Shown: in pieces, positions 48,674 to 57,776 of the stretch
Position numbering within the stretch: position 1 is the first letter of the stretch
How the letters are laid out: every line of letters starts with the position of its first letter
DNA from: Smithellaceae bacterium
GTDB taxonomy: Bacteria; Desulfobacterota; Syntrophia; Syntrophales; Smithellaceae
Direction: 5' to 3'
NCBI GenBank assembly: GCA_963667845.2
Contig: CAXXVL010000002.1
Coordinates: forward strand, 1,280,001 to 1,344,000
DNA length: 64,000 bases
Translations under genes and position numbers: made by a program
Notes under the pieces: model-generated
The model's database searches: none
What the model was told of the DNA's origin: nothing
What the model saw: the letters and a program-made list of their open reading frames with translations, nothing else

Positions 48674-48790
48674 GGTACAAGGTTCAAGGTTCAAGGAAAA
48701 AAGCATAGGGAACGGTCTTGCCGCCTGCAGGGTGGTTTAAGACCGTTTCCTGTGAACCAAGATATAGGCGATACGAAATACGAGATGCGA
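48674..48790. repeat. Composite intergenic repeat: GGTTCAA heptamers, REP-like hairpin, GATACGA heptamers
   Basis: ggtacaa-ggttcaa-ggttcaa; AGGGAACGGTCTT...AAGACCGTTTCCT; gatacga-aatacga-gatgcga. Confidence 0.6.
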
Positions 48791-48797
48791 GGTTTTT

Positions 48798-49670
48798 ATG
48801 CCGATGAATACATACAAAATCACAGTGCCTAGAGGAACATTCAATATCCGGGACCGGGGAAACAAAGACGGGTCCCCCGTGGTCATGCTGCATGGCTGGC
48901 CGGAGAGTTCCTATTGCTGGGAAGCGGTTGCCTCGTTTCTTGATCCGGCGCTGCGCGTTGTTGCGCCCGATTTGCGGGGGCTGGGGGAAAGCGAACGCAC
49001 ACTGAATAATGTGCCCGCCTATCAGAAAGCGGAATTAGCAAAAGATGTAGTCGAAATGCTCAATGCTTTGAAAATCGATTCCTTCTTCCTCGTCGGCCAT
49101 GACTGGGGCGGTATTGTCGCCCAGGAGGTCGCCCTGCTTATTCCCGACCGGGTTAAAAAATTAGCGATTATGAATATTCCCGTGATCACCAACACCAAAG
49201 GCACTGGTGACGCGATGAAAGTGATTTACAGCCGCGGCGCCGTTCCTTTCTGGTATCAGTACTTTCAGCAGATGCCGAAACTGGCGGAAGCCATGATCAA
49301 AGGAAATGAAGACGTCTGGATTCGCCATTTTTTCGGCAGGGCAGGCAAGGACGGCACCATTGCACCTGCCGCCATAGCGGAGTATGTGCGCTGCTACTGC
49401 ATCGAAAACACACCCGCCACCGGCGCGTCCTACTACCGCGCGATGCGTGAGGATGCCAAACGCTGGGCCGGCTTGGGCAGGACAAAATATCCCATGCCGG
49501 CGCTTTACATTCACGGTAATGAAGATCCTGTGATCATCGCGGAAAATTTAAACCATATCGAAGATTGTTTTAACTCCATTAGAGTAGAATCACTCCAGAC
49601 GGGGCACTTTGTTCAGGAAGAGAAACCCCGGGAAGTCGCCCAGCTGCTGAATGATTTTTTCAAAGAATAA
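48798..49670 (+). CDS. Alpha/beta hydrolase (epoxide hydrolase-like)
   Basis: HGWPE, DLRGLG, GHDWGG and GHF motifs. Confidence 0.88.
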   Translation: MPMNTYKITVPRGTFNIRDRGNKDGSPVVMLHGWPESSYCWEAVASFLDPALRVVAPDLRGLGESERTLNNVPAYQKAELAKDVVEMLNALKIDSFFLVGHDWGGIVAQEVALLIPDRVKKLAIMNIPVITNTKGTGDAMKVIYSRGAVPFWYQYFQQMPKLAEAMIKGNEDVWIRHFFGRAGKDGTIAPAAIAEYVRCYCIENTPATGASYYRAMREDAKRWAGLGRTKYPMPALYIHGNEDPVIIAENLNHIEDCFNSIRVESLQTGHFVQEEKPREVAQLLNDFFKE

Positions 49671-49672
49671 TT

Positions 49673-49757
49673 GTTTTAAGTTTTACGTTTTAGGTTTTAC
49701 GTAAAAAAACATTGATGGCGCGAAGCGCTTCCAAAATACTTAAAACATATTACATTT
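49673..49757. repeat. GTTTTAN heptamer repeats with a degenerate inverted counterpart
   Basis: gttttaa-gttttac-gttttag-gttttac ... caaaatac-ttaaaac. Confidence 0.55.
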
Positions 49758-49772
49758 ACCAAGGAGACCGAA

Positions 49773-50630
49773 ATGCATTTACGCGAACGCTACATTGAGA
49801 CCAACGGAATCAAATTACACGTCATGGAAGCCGGGCCCCAGGAAGGCCCGATGATTTTGTTTCTCCATGGGTTTCCGGAATTTTGGTACGCCTGGCGCAA
49901 ACAGCTGCAATACTTTGCCGACAAAGGATACCTGGTTGTCGCGCCCGATCAGCGCGGCTACAACTTGAGCGACAAACCGCAGGGCGTCGCCGCCTACAAG
50001 ATTGATGAGCTGGCCAAGGACATTATCGGCCTCATCGACGCCTATGGCCGCAAGCAGATTTTCCTGGTCGGCCACGACTGGGGCGCGTCGGTTTCCTGGT
50101 GGGTCGCGCTCAAATACCCCGAACGCATCAGGAAACTGGTCATTCTCAATGTGCCGCATCCCAAGGTTATGGCCAAGCATGTTTTCACCGATGTGGAGCA
50201 GATGAAGAAAAGCTGGTACATTTTCTATTTCCAAATTCCGGGCGCGGTCGAGCATCTGGCGGCTTCGACGAACTATGAATGGGTGCTGCAGATGATCACC
50301 ACCTCGGCCAATCCGGGCGCTTTCACCCCCGCCGAGCTCGAAGATTACCTCAAAGCGTTTGCCATGCCCGGCGCCTTTTCGGCGATGGTCAACTGGTACC
50401 GCGCGATGGTTCAGACGAAGCAGGAGCCGCCGAAGAGTTTTGAAGTCACCATGCCGATGATTTTGATGTGGGGCGATCAGGATGTGGCGATGCTGACGCA
50501 ACTGGCCGATGAAAGCATGGCCTACTGCAAAGAGGGCTGTCTCATTAAATTTCCCGGCACCTCGCACTGGATTCAGCACGAGCAGGCCCAGAAGATCAAT
50601 CCGCTGATTGAAGATTTCTTCAAGCAGTGA
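49773..50630 (+). CDS. Alpha/beta hydrolase (epoxide hydrolase-like)
   Basis: HGFPEFWYAW, DQRGYN, GHDWGA and SHW motifs. Confidence 0.9.
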   Translation: MHLRERYIETNGIKLHVMEAGPQEGPMILFLHGFPEFWYAWRKQLQYFADKGYLVVAPDQRGYNLSDKPQGVAAYKIDELAKDIIGLIDAYGRKQIFLVGHDWGASVSWWVALKYPERIRKLVILNVPHPKVMAKHVFTDVEQMKKSWYIFYFQIPGAVEHLAASTNYEWVLQMITTSANPGAFTPAELEDYLKAFAMPGAFSAMVNWYRAMVQTKQEPPKSFEVTMPMILMWGDQDVAMLTQLADESMAYCKEGCLIKFPGTSHWIQHEQAQKINPLIEDFFKQ

Positions 50631-50689
50631 TTCCATGTCCGCTGGCTGCAGGCAATCGCCGCGTTTGCATCAGTAAAGTGAAATGCTTT

Positions 50690-51193
50690 ATGAAAGAAAC
50701 CTATCGCATCAACCGCAGGCTCAAACCCGGACAATACCGGCTCACGGATGTTTTTCCGGATATCCGGACGTATGATATTTTGTCTACCATCTTTGCCGAC
50801 GCGAAAGAAATCTCCGACGTGATGGCGAACATCAAGGTGACCGTCGTGGACGAGCCCAATGAGATGTTCGTCAATAACGACGACGGCGCCATTACCATCG
50901 GCCTCACGCATCTGGATTCCTCGTCCGACGAAGTCCTATATCTGGATATCGTTCACGAGCTATGCCATGTGAAGCAGCATTTTCAAGGACGGGATCTTTA
51001 CGATGGGAGAACGGCCTACGTTGATCGGGAAACTGAAATCGAGGCTTACCAGATTACCGTTCGGGAGGCTCGCCGCATCGGCCTCAGCGATGATGCCATT
51101 TTCGATTATCTCCGGGTGCCATGGATAACGCCCGAGGAACATAAGCGGCTTGCCCGCCGGCTCAGTGTCATCACCGGTATTGAGAGAAAATGA
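50690..51193 (+). CDS. Small HExxH metallopeptidase-like protein
   Basis: IVHELCHVKQ and a downstream EIEAY. Confidence 0.6.
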   Translation: MKETYRINRRLKPGQYRLTDVFPDIRTYDILSTIFADAKEISDVMANIKVTVVDEPNEMFVNNDDGAITIGLTHLDSSSDEVLYLDIVHELCHVKQHFQGRDLYDGRTAYVDRETEIEAYQITVREARRIGLSDDAIFDYLRVPWITPEEHKRLARRLSVITGIERK

Positions 51194-51504
51194 TTTACCA
51201 TGACGAATAAATAAAAGCAGTTGCCGGTCAATCTGGGGCTTTCGGTGCATCTCCAACCTCTTGCCCATTGGGTCCCCGGCGCTGCCGTAACGTCCCCTTT
51301 TTTGAAGTTTGTTTCACCGAAACGGCTGTCAACAATATTGTTGACAGCCGTTGTTCGTTTATGGTTTTATTCACACCGATCCTATCCTTATCTGAGCTGT
51401 CGTTTCAAAGAGGTATCGGGGGCGACCGGATGATCCAATCCCAAACACGCAAACCATTATTTCAATGTCCATTGAATCGAGGCTAAAAGCCATGGAGGTG
51501 TTCT

Positions 51505-51747
51505 ATGACGGTACAGGCAATCAAGATCGTTCTTCTGGGGTGCGTCGTTATTAATTATGCGGTTCTCATCACTTGGTTTGCCGCCTTTGTCCTTGCTCAT
51601 GACTGGATCTACGGCATGCATCTGCGATGGTTCAGTCTCTCCGCCGAGACCTTTGACGCCATTCATTACGCCGGCCTTGCGGTCTATAAGATCGGCATCC
51701 TTTTGTTCTTGCTGATACCGCTTATTGCAATCACTGTGGCCCTGTGA
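51505..51747 (+). CDS. Small two-TM membrane protein
   Basis: GGAGG RBS; INYAVLITWF..HDWIY..WFSLS..FDAIHY pattern. Confidence 0.7.
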   Translation: MTVQAIKIVLLGCVVINYAVLITWFAAFVLAHDWIYGMHLRWFSLSAETFDAIHYAGLAVYKIGILLFLLIPLIAITVAL

Positions 51748-51819
51748 GAAGAAGGGGAATGATTATTGGGGTGACCAGTACAGCTGTACGCAGGATCTGA
51801 AGAATGAAAGGATTACACC

Positions 51820-52230
51820 GTGGCCGATATTTTCATCTCCTACTCAAAAAATGATGCCGTGAAGGTGGGGAGGCTCGTGGAAGCCTTGAAGGCAAGGGGC
51901 GCCAGTTTGTGGTTTGATGATGAGCAGATCCTGCCCGGCGATGACATGATCCGGAAGATGTCTGAGGGTATTTCCCGGTGCCGTTATTACGTAATCTGTT
52001 TGAGCCCGTCTTTTGAAAAAAGGCCGCCGACGTCGTGGGTCAAGAAAGAATTCAAAATGGCGATGATGAAAGAAAACAAGGAAGGCAGGCAGTGCATCAT
52101 TCCGGTACGTATCAAGAAGGGCGGAGCGATCCCGCATGAAATCGGGGAGAAAGCGTATGCGGATCTGACCACGGCCAAAAGGTGGACGAAGAACTTTCCC
52201 AAATTATGCAAATCCCTCGGAATTGCGTAA
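51820..52230 (+). CDS. Stand-alone TIR-domain protein
   Basis: IFISYSKND, WFD..ILPGD, CLSPSF, SWVKKE and IIPV motifs. Confidence 0.85.
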   Translation: MADIFISYSKNDAVKVGRLVEALKARGASLWFDDEQILPGDDMIRKMSEGISRCRYYVICLSPSFEKRPPTSWVKKEFKMAMMKENKEGRQCIIPVRIKKGGAIPHEIGEKAYADLTTAKRWTKNFPKLCKSLGIA

Positions 52231-52299
52231 AGAGAAGAAGGCGCGAATCAATCGACTCGGGATGTTCACCGTCGATGCCTGCATAACTTATCAAGTGAG

Positions 52300-52875
52300 G
52301 TGGAAATGACATCGCATAATGCGGCGCTACTCATTATTGATGTACAAAAGGCGATCGATCATCCGAGTTGGGGAAGGCGAAACAACCCGCAGGCGGAAGA
52401 GAACATCGGGCGCCTGCTTGCCGCATGGCGTCACGCCGGGAAAACAATCATCCATGTAAGTCATATCTCCCGAGAGCCTGCGTCCACATATCGACCCGGT
52501 CAGGAAGGATGCGAATTCAAGCCGGAGGTGCAGCCCAGGGACGACGAGCACATTCTCGTTAAACATACAAATAATGCGTTTGTCGGCACGGACCTGGACG
52601 TATTGCTCCGCAGACGGGGCATCTTTACACTGGTGATCTGCGGTGTCATTACGAACAACTCGGTTGAGGCCACCGCACGGATGGCCGGCGATCTGGGTTT
52701 AGAAACCTATGTGGTATCGGATGCCACAGCCACCTTCGACAAGGTTGATTATTCGGGAAAGCCCCGCACAGCCGAAGAAGTGCACGCCATGTCGCTTGCC
52801 AACCTGCAGGGCGAGTACGCAGCCATCCTCTCAACGGAGGAGATCATCAATCTGTTTGCGAAAAATGTGAGTTAA
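52300..52875 (+). CDS. Isochorismatase/cysteine-hydrolase family protein
   Basis: ALLIIDVQ, KHTNNAF, GVITNNSVEATAR and VSDAT motifs. Confidence 0.88.
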   Translation: MEMTSHNAALLIIDVQKAIDHPSWGRRNNPQAEENIGRLLAAWRHAGKTIIHVSHISREPASTYRPGQEGCEFKPEVQPRDDEHILVKHTNNAFVGTDLDVLLRRRGIFTLVICGVITNNSVEATARMAGDLGLETYVVSDATATFDKVDYSGKPRTAEEVHAMSLANLQGEYAAILSTEEIINLFAKNVS

Positions 52876-53073
52876 TCGGCCAGGTCGGCGGATCCCCGGC
52901 TGTCGCCGGGAGAAGCGACGCATTAGAAGCTACAAAGTTTTTTATTGTAGCAGGCCCGTATTTATTCTATTGTAATATCCAGACTCAGATTGCCGAATGA
53001 TTAGAACTGCGGGTGACGAACGCGCCCCCGGGTTTGCGCCGCGGCGCAAAATTAAGATTCAGGAGAAAATACA

Positions 53074-53532
53074 ATGAACGGCATCCCGACTCAAACTTTT
53101 GTGGAGATATTGCTTTTGGTCCCCACGGCCCTCTGCGCCGGTTTTGTCGTCTTTATTGCCGGGGTCATTCAGTCGGTCATGAATGATCTGGATGAAGCCG
53201 CGTTCAAAAATTTTCTGACGCTGCTGCACACGCGCGCCCTGAAATCACCTTACGCGATCGGCGTATCCAGCATTACGTTTCTCGGCATGATCCCTTATTT
53301 CATCTTTTATGGTGTCAGCAACCGCTGGTTTACGGCGGGACTCGTTATGTGGGTGGTTGCCTCGATCGTTTCCAAGGCCACCGCTCTTCCGATCTATGCG
53401 AAAGTTGACGCCACTTCCGCAAGCGATGTAGCCCTGCTCAAGGAGGAGCGCCGGAAACTGCGCACCGCCAATATCGTGCGCGCATCGCTCAGCCTTGCAT
53501 CTGTCGTGCTCATGGTGATTGGTTTCATTTAG
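53074..53532 (+). CDS. Four-TM membrane protein (DUF1772/anthrone oxygenase-like)
   Basis: CAGGAG RBS; four hydrophobic helices; C-terminal ANIVRASLS. Confidence 0.55.
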   Translation: MNGIPTQTFVEILLLVPTALCAGFVVFIAGVIQSVMNDLDEAAFKNFLTLLHTRALKSPYAIGVSSITFLGMIPYFIFYGVSNRWFTAGLVMWVVASIVSKATALPIYAKVDATSASDVALLKEERRKLRTANIVRASLSLASVVLMVIGFI

Positions 53533-53637
53533 CAGATGCCGATTCCTGCATTCGGATACAAAAATAGAAATCTATCGTCAAGAGCAGGAAATTTATTTTG
53601 CCGGTATTCATTAATTTCCCAATTGGGGTTTACAGAC

Positions 53638-54359
53638 ATGATCGAAAATATTGATAATCGCAGTACTTTGTTCGTCCATTTGCGGGCGCTTGCGCGCCGC
53701 CAGCCTTCTGCATTCCTTCTTGCCGCCCAGCTGGCGAGTCTGGCACTCTACGCGGTATTTGAAGGAGTTCCGGGCGGGCGGGTTCTGCTCGGTGCTTTCG
53801 GAACGCTGGTTCTCGTGCTGGTGGTCTGGGTCGTCATCCGCAGCCCCGCCATCTCCTGGATTGGATGTATCCTCGCGGCCCTGGCACTTGTGCTGTCAGG
53901 GCTATCCTGGCTGTTTGTCAGTCCCAGCCTGGTGATCTGGGCGGCGCTCCTGGAGGCGGCGTTGTATCTATACGGAGCAGGCGGTCTGATCACCTATATG
54001 ATGAGGGATGAGCGGGTGACGATCGATGAGCTGTTTGCCGCGGGCGCCACGTTCACGCTGCTCGCCTGGGGATTTGCTTATCTGTATACGGCCTGCCAGG
54101 TGTGGTCTCCGGTATCTTTTGCCGGCGGGGCCCACCCGACTGTGGGGCCGCGAACGTTCATCGAGATGCTGTTTCGAGCTTTACGAATCTTTCGGCAACG
54201 GGCCTCAGCGATATCCTGCCGATCACGCCGCCGGCGCGGGCACTCGTGATGCTGGAGCAATTCGCCGGAGTTGCTTACATCGCCGTCGTTGTTTCAAGGC
54301 TCATTGGCCTGACGATCGTCCGTCAGCGGGACAGGGAAGACCCTGACGCCTGTGCCTGA
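53638..54359 (+). pseudogene. Ion-channel (Ion_trans_2-like) gene with a 1-nt frameshift
   Basis: Frame 1 ends ...PRTFIEMLF; frame 2 continues SFTNLSATGLSDILPITPPARALVMLEQFAG. Inserting one base at ~54175 (TTT C[T]G AGC) restores the frame. Confidence 0.75.
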
Positions 54360-54438
54360 CGGCAGTCAACGGCCGCTCTTGTCAATTGCGGCATCCGTCA
54401 TAAAAACGAATTATCACCGGGCTCAAAAGGGGAATGTG

Positions 54439-55767
54439 ATGTCTCATGAGAAATCAATTCTTGCCAATCCGGATTTGGGAACCGAACTGACCTACTTCAA
54501 CCGGTCGCGCCGGGAGTTTCTGAAACTTGGCGGCCTGGCTGTTGCCGGCCTTATTCTGCCGAATGAACTCTGGGCAGGGTCGAATAAGGGCGCCGCGGCG
54601 CAATCCGTAAAGACAGAACGCGCCGTTGCCCTGGCTCTGGAAGACGCCGGCGTTAAGGTCGCCACGCATGTTCCGGCAACGGGCGCCACGGCCATCTTTG
54701 ATGCTTACAACGAACTCACCCATACAGTACCTTCCTATGCCTTCAATGAAGAGACGGCTTATACCATCGCCCATGGTGCGGCCCTGGCGGGTGTCCGGTC
54801 GGCGGCTGTGCTGAAATCACACGGTCTGGCCAAGGCGGCAAACAGTGTGGTCGATTCTTTGACGCTCGGAACGACTGCGGGTTTTGTCGTTATTGCGCTC
54901 GACGATCCCCTGGGGACGCACTCCGACAATATTTTCGGCCTGGAGGAATTTCTGATCGGAACGGGCATTCCCTTTAAGAAGGCGGGAAGCGCCACGATCT
55001 ACAAAGATGTCCTGGAATGTTTTCTCTGGTCGGAGAAACTCACAATCCCCGTCGTTCTGTTTGTCGATTCCAAGCTGATCAGCCAAAATACGACAACTCT
55101 GCGTAAGCGTCTTTATTCCCCGGAAACAAAATACAAGCGTGATCCGCTGCGCCATGTGCTGTGCCCGCCGCTCGCACCTTATCAGCGCAAAGTCCTTGAG
55201 GCGAAACTGGCCGGAAAGAATTGGCGGGAAATTCCCCCGCCCAGCCTCCCGCCTGTTCCGCAGGGTCTGCCACCCGCCTGGCGAAAGGCGGCAGCGCAGT
55301 TTGTTCCCGTCTTTGAAGTGTTTCAGGAGCTCAGGCCGCAGATTCCTTTTGCCGGTGGAGACACCGGGTTATCTTCTCTTTTTGCCTTTGCTCCTTTTGC
55401 CTGCGTCGACGCGTGCAGTTGTTACGGCGGCAGTCTCCCGCTGGCGATCGGCTTCCAGGCTGCCGGTGGAGGAAAAGCCTGGGCCGTAACAGGCGATTAT
55501 GCCTTTCTGGCCGCGGGCCACATGGGATTGCTCGAGGCGCTTTCCCGGCGGATTCCCTTAAAGGTGCTGATCATGGACAATGGCCGCGCGATGGCCACGG
55601 GCGGCCAGCCGGTTGCCGCTGGCGTTTTTGAGCAGGTGCTCTCCGGCTGGGCCCCGTATGTGAGCCGGATTGAAAATCCCCAGGACAAACCCGCTGTGCG
55701 GGGCGTATTCAGCCGTGCCATCGGGTCGGACCGGATTGAAATCGTGTCCGTCCGGTTTCGTGCCTGA
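54439..55767 (+). CDS. Thiamine-diphosphate enzyme, IorA-like, with a twin-arginine signal
   Basis: SRREFLK plus hydrophobic stretch; FNEETAY..AHGAALAGVRS..LKSHGL; DDP...SDN; ThDP motif GDYAF...MDNG; AMATGGQP. Confidence 0.75.
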   Translation: MSHEKSILANPDLGTELTYFNRSRREFLKLGGLAVAGLILPNELWAGSNKGAAAQSVKTERAVALALEDAGVKVATHVPATGATAIFDAYNELTHTVPSYAFNEETAYTIAHGAALAGVRSAAVLKSHGLAKAANSVVDSLTLGTTAGFVVIALDDPLGTHSDNIFGLEEFLIGTGIPFKKAGSATIYKDVLECFLWSEKLTIPVVLFVDSKLISQNTTTLRKRLYSPETKYKRDPLRHVLCPPLAPYQRKVLEAKLAGKNWREIPPPSLPPVPQGLPPAWRKAAAQFVPVFEVFQELRPQIPFAGGDTGLSSLFAFAPFACVDACSCYGGSLPLAIGFQAAGGGKAWAVTGDYAFLAAGHMGLLEALSRRIPLKVLIMDNGRAMATGGQPVAAGVFEQVLSGWAPYVSRIENPQDKPAVRGVFSRAIGSDRIEIVSVRFRA

Positions 55768-56022
55768 ATTTAACCCCGGAGAGTGGAAGTTATAAAATAC
55801 AAGGTCCTTTTTCTTTGTTTTTGCGGCGCTGGCTGCAACAACGCGGGAGAGGCGCCTCCGGAGTATCGCGGGCTTTTTACAAGCGTTTCATAATCCGAGA
55901 TTGTGTCCGCGCCGGATGCCCGAAAATAGATGAGGACGGTCCATTGATGCTGAGCAGTTTTTGTATTGACAAACAGGTCCATCTCCTGGAAGGTGGCGCG
56001 GATTAAATGATAAGGAGCAGCA

Positions 56023-56502
56023 ATGAATATATCAGACACACAAATCGTGGAAATTGCGCAGCATGCTTTTACGCGGATGGACGGGGCCTGGTTTCTGGCG
56101 CTGGCGAAAAAGTTCGGCATTAAGATGGCCTGGGAAATGGACGTAGAAGCCTGGAAACAATTTTCGTATGTTTTCGGGAAAAATCTCCGAAAGAATTATA
56201 TTTCAAATCCCGTTTGGCCAGAAAGCTTTCTCGTTGCACTGGATATTTTCAGCCGCGTCTTGAGAATCGAAGGCCGGGAAGTTTCGCTGAGCGGCGATCA
56301 GATAACAGTCCGCATTACGGATTGTGAAACTCAGAAGGCGATTGCCAAAGCGGGCGTCGCCGACTGCGGCATCGTCACCATACAATCTTACGAAGGGATC
56401 ATCGGCGGTCTGTTCGGCGGCGACGTTAGCGTCCACGTGGCCCATACGAAAAACCTGAACCACGGCGATGAGTGCTGTGAAGTCATCATTACCAGAAAGT
56501 GA
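56023..56502 (+). CDS. Hypothetical protein (DUF6125/V4R-like)
   Basis: MDGAWFLAL..KFG..A..MD..AW; conserved Cys residues (DCETQ, DCG, CCE). Confidence 0.6.
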   Translation: MNISDTQIVEIAQHAFTRMDGAWFLALAKKFGIKMAWEMDVEAWKQFSYVFGKNLRKNYISNPVWPESFLVALDIFSRVLRIEGREVSLSGDQITVRITDCETQKAIAKAGVADCGIVTIQSYEGIIGGLFGGDVSVHVAHTKNLNHGDECCEVIITRK

Positions 56503-56573
56503 ACAAAAACCGAGGGCCGGATGCCCGAATTCAAGCTCCGGGCCGGTTCATCATTTCTTAAAGGAGGATCGTA

Positions 56574-57161
56574 ATGAGAAAAGGATTTATCGTATTCGTT
56601 GTGTTGATGATGGTGCTGTCGGTTGCAAGTCAGGGGTCGGCTGAGGTCAAAAAGCCTGCGGTTGCCCGATCGGTCTATTCGCAGATGGATGCCAATGGGG
56701 ATCATGTGATTACCGTGACGGAACATGCGGCCTTCTGGCAGGGTCGTTTCAAGGAAATCGACACCAACAAGGACGGCAAAGTATCAGCGGCGGAATTCAA
56801 TGCAGCAACCAAAGCTTTCTTCGGGGAAATGGATACGGACAAAAACGGCGTGCTGGTTGCCAAAGAATATGTTGCCGTCTGGTGCGGGCCGAAGGCCGTG
56901 TATTCCGATAAAGTCAAGGCAAAACAAACGAAAAAACTGGATGCCGATCAAAACGGCATAATCGGCGATGACGAATGTATTGCCTTCTGGGCTGCAAACT
57001 TCTTCGACATGGATTCGAACCATGACGGAAAAGTGACTCTGGAAGAATTCATGGCGGCCATGACCAAGCGGTTCAATGAAATTGATAAAAACAAGGATGG
57101 ATTTCTTTCCATTGAAGAACATGCTCTATTCGTTCCCGGCGTCGTGCAGGCCAAGAAATAA
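56574..57161 (+). CDS. Secreted multi-EF-hand Ca-binding protein
   Basis: Signal peptide; six DxNxDG-type loops (DANGD, DTNKDG, DTDKNG, DADQNG, DSNHDG, DKNKDG). Confidence 0.85.
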   Translation: MRKGFIVFVVLMMVLSVASQGSAEVKKPAVARSVYSQMDANGDHVITVTEHAAFWQGRFKEIDTNKDGKVSAAEFNAATKAFFGEMDTDKNGVLVAKEYVAVWCGPKAVYSDKVKAKQTKKLDADQNGIIGDDECIAFWAANFFDMDSNHDGKVTLEEFMAAMTKRFNEIDKNKDGFLSIEEHALFVPGVVQAKK

Positions 57162-57230
57162 GTGAAATGGAACCGGCAGACCTCTGCGACTCGCGCGCAC
57201 ATTGGCGCAGTTGAGAGGGAAAGCAAATTT

Positions 57231-57264
57231 AAAAGAGGGCGGAATTTTCCGCCCTCTTGTTTTT
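57231..57264. terminator. Bidirectional terminator candidate
   Basis: AAAAGAGGGCGGAA-TT-TTCCGCCCTCTTGTTTTT between convergent genes. Confidence 0.7.
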
Positions 57265-57331
57265 GTGGTGGGTGGGCAGCCGGAAAGACGGGCTGTTGCC
57301 CAGCCTTGCAGCAGCTTTGTTGATATCCGTC

Positions 57332-57745
57332 TCAGCCGCAAGTTGTGTTCTTTCTTTCATCAAAGACATCTTTGGCGGCGGATAACCCGTTCAGGGCGGC
57401 GGGAAATCCCGCATAAACGGCCATCTGCATCATGACTTCCACAATTTCCTGCCGGCTGCAGCCGACATTTAACGCACCGTGAATATGCACTTTCAATTGC
57501 GGGGCGGCATTTCCCAGGGCGGTTAAGGCGGCGACCACGGCTATTTCCCTTGATTTCAGGTCCAGGCCCGGTCTCGAATAAATGTCTCCGAAAGGGAATT
57601 CAATCAGCAATCGCGCAAACTCCGGCGCAATGTCTTTAAGGCTCTCTATGACCCGCTCGCCGGCCGCGCCGTCAATCTCTTTAAGCTTTTCCCAGCCTCT
57701 TTGATAACGGTCATTTTCTTTCATCTCATCCACCACCGCTTTCAT
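57332..57745 (-). CDS. Carboxymuconolactone decarboxylase family protein
   Basis: [28 protein letters not shown] and YAGFPAALN motifs. Confidence 0.9.
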   Translation of the reverse strand: MKAVVDEMKENDRYQRGWEKLKEIDGAAGERVIESLKDIAPEFARLLIEFPFGDIYSRPGLDLKSREIAVVAALTALGNAAPQLKVHIHGALNVGCSRQEIVEVMMQMAVYAGFPAALNGLSAAKDVFDERKNTTCG

Positions 57746-57776
57746 TCAACATCGACGACTCCATTTCACAGGACGG

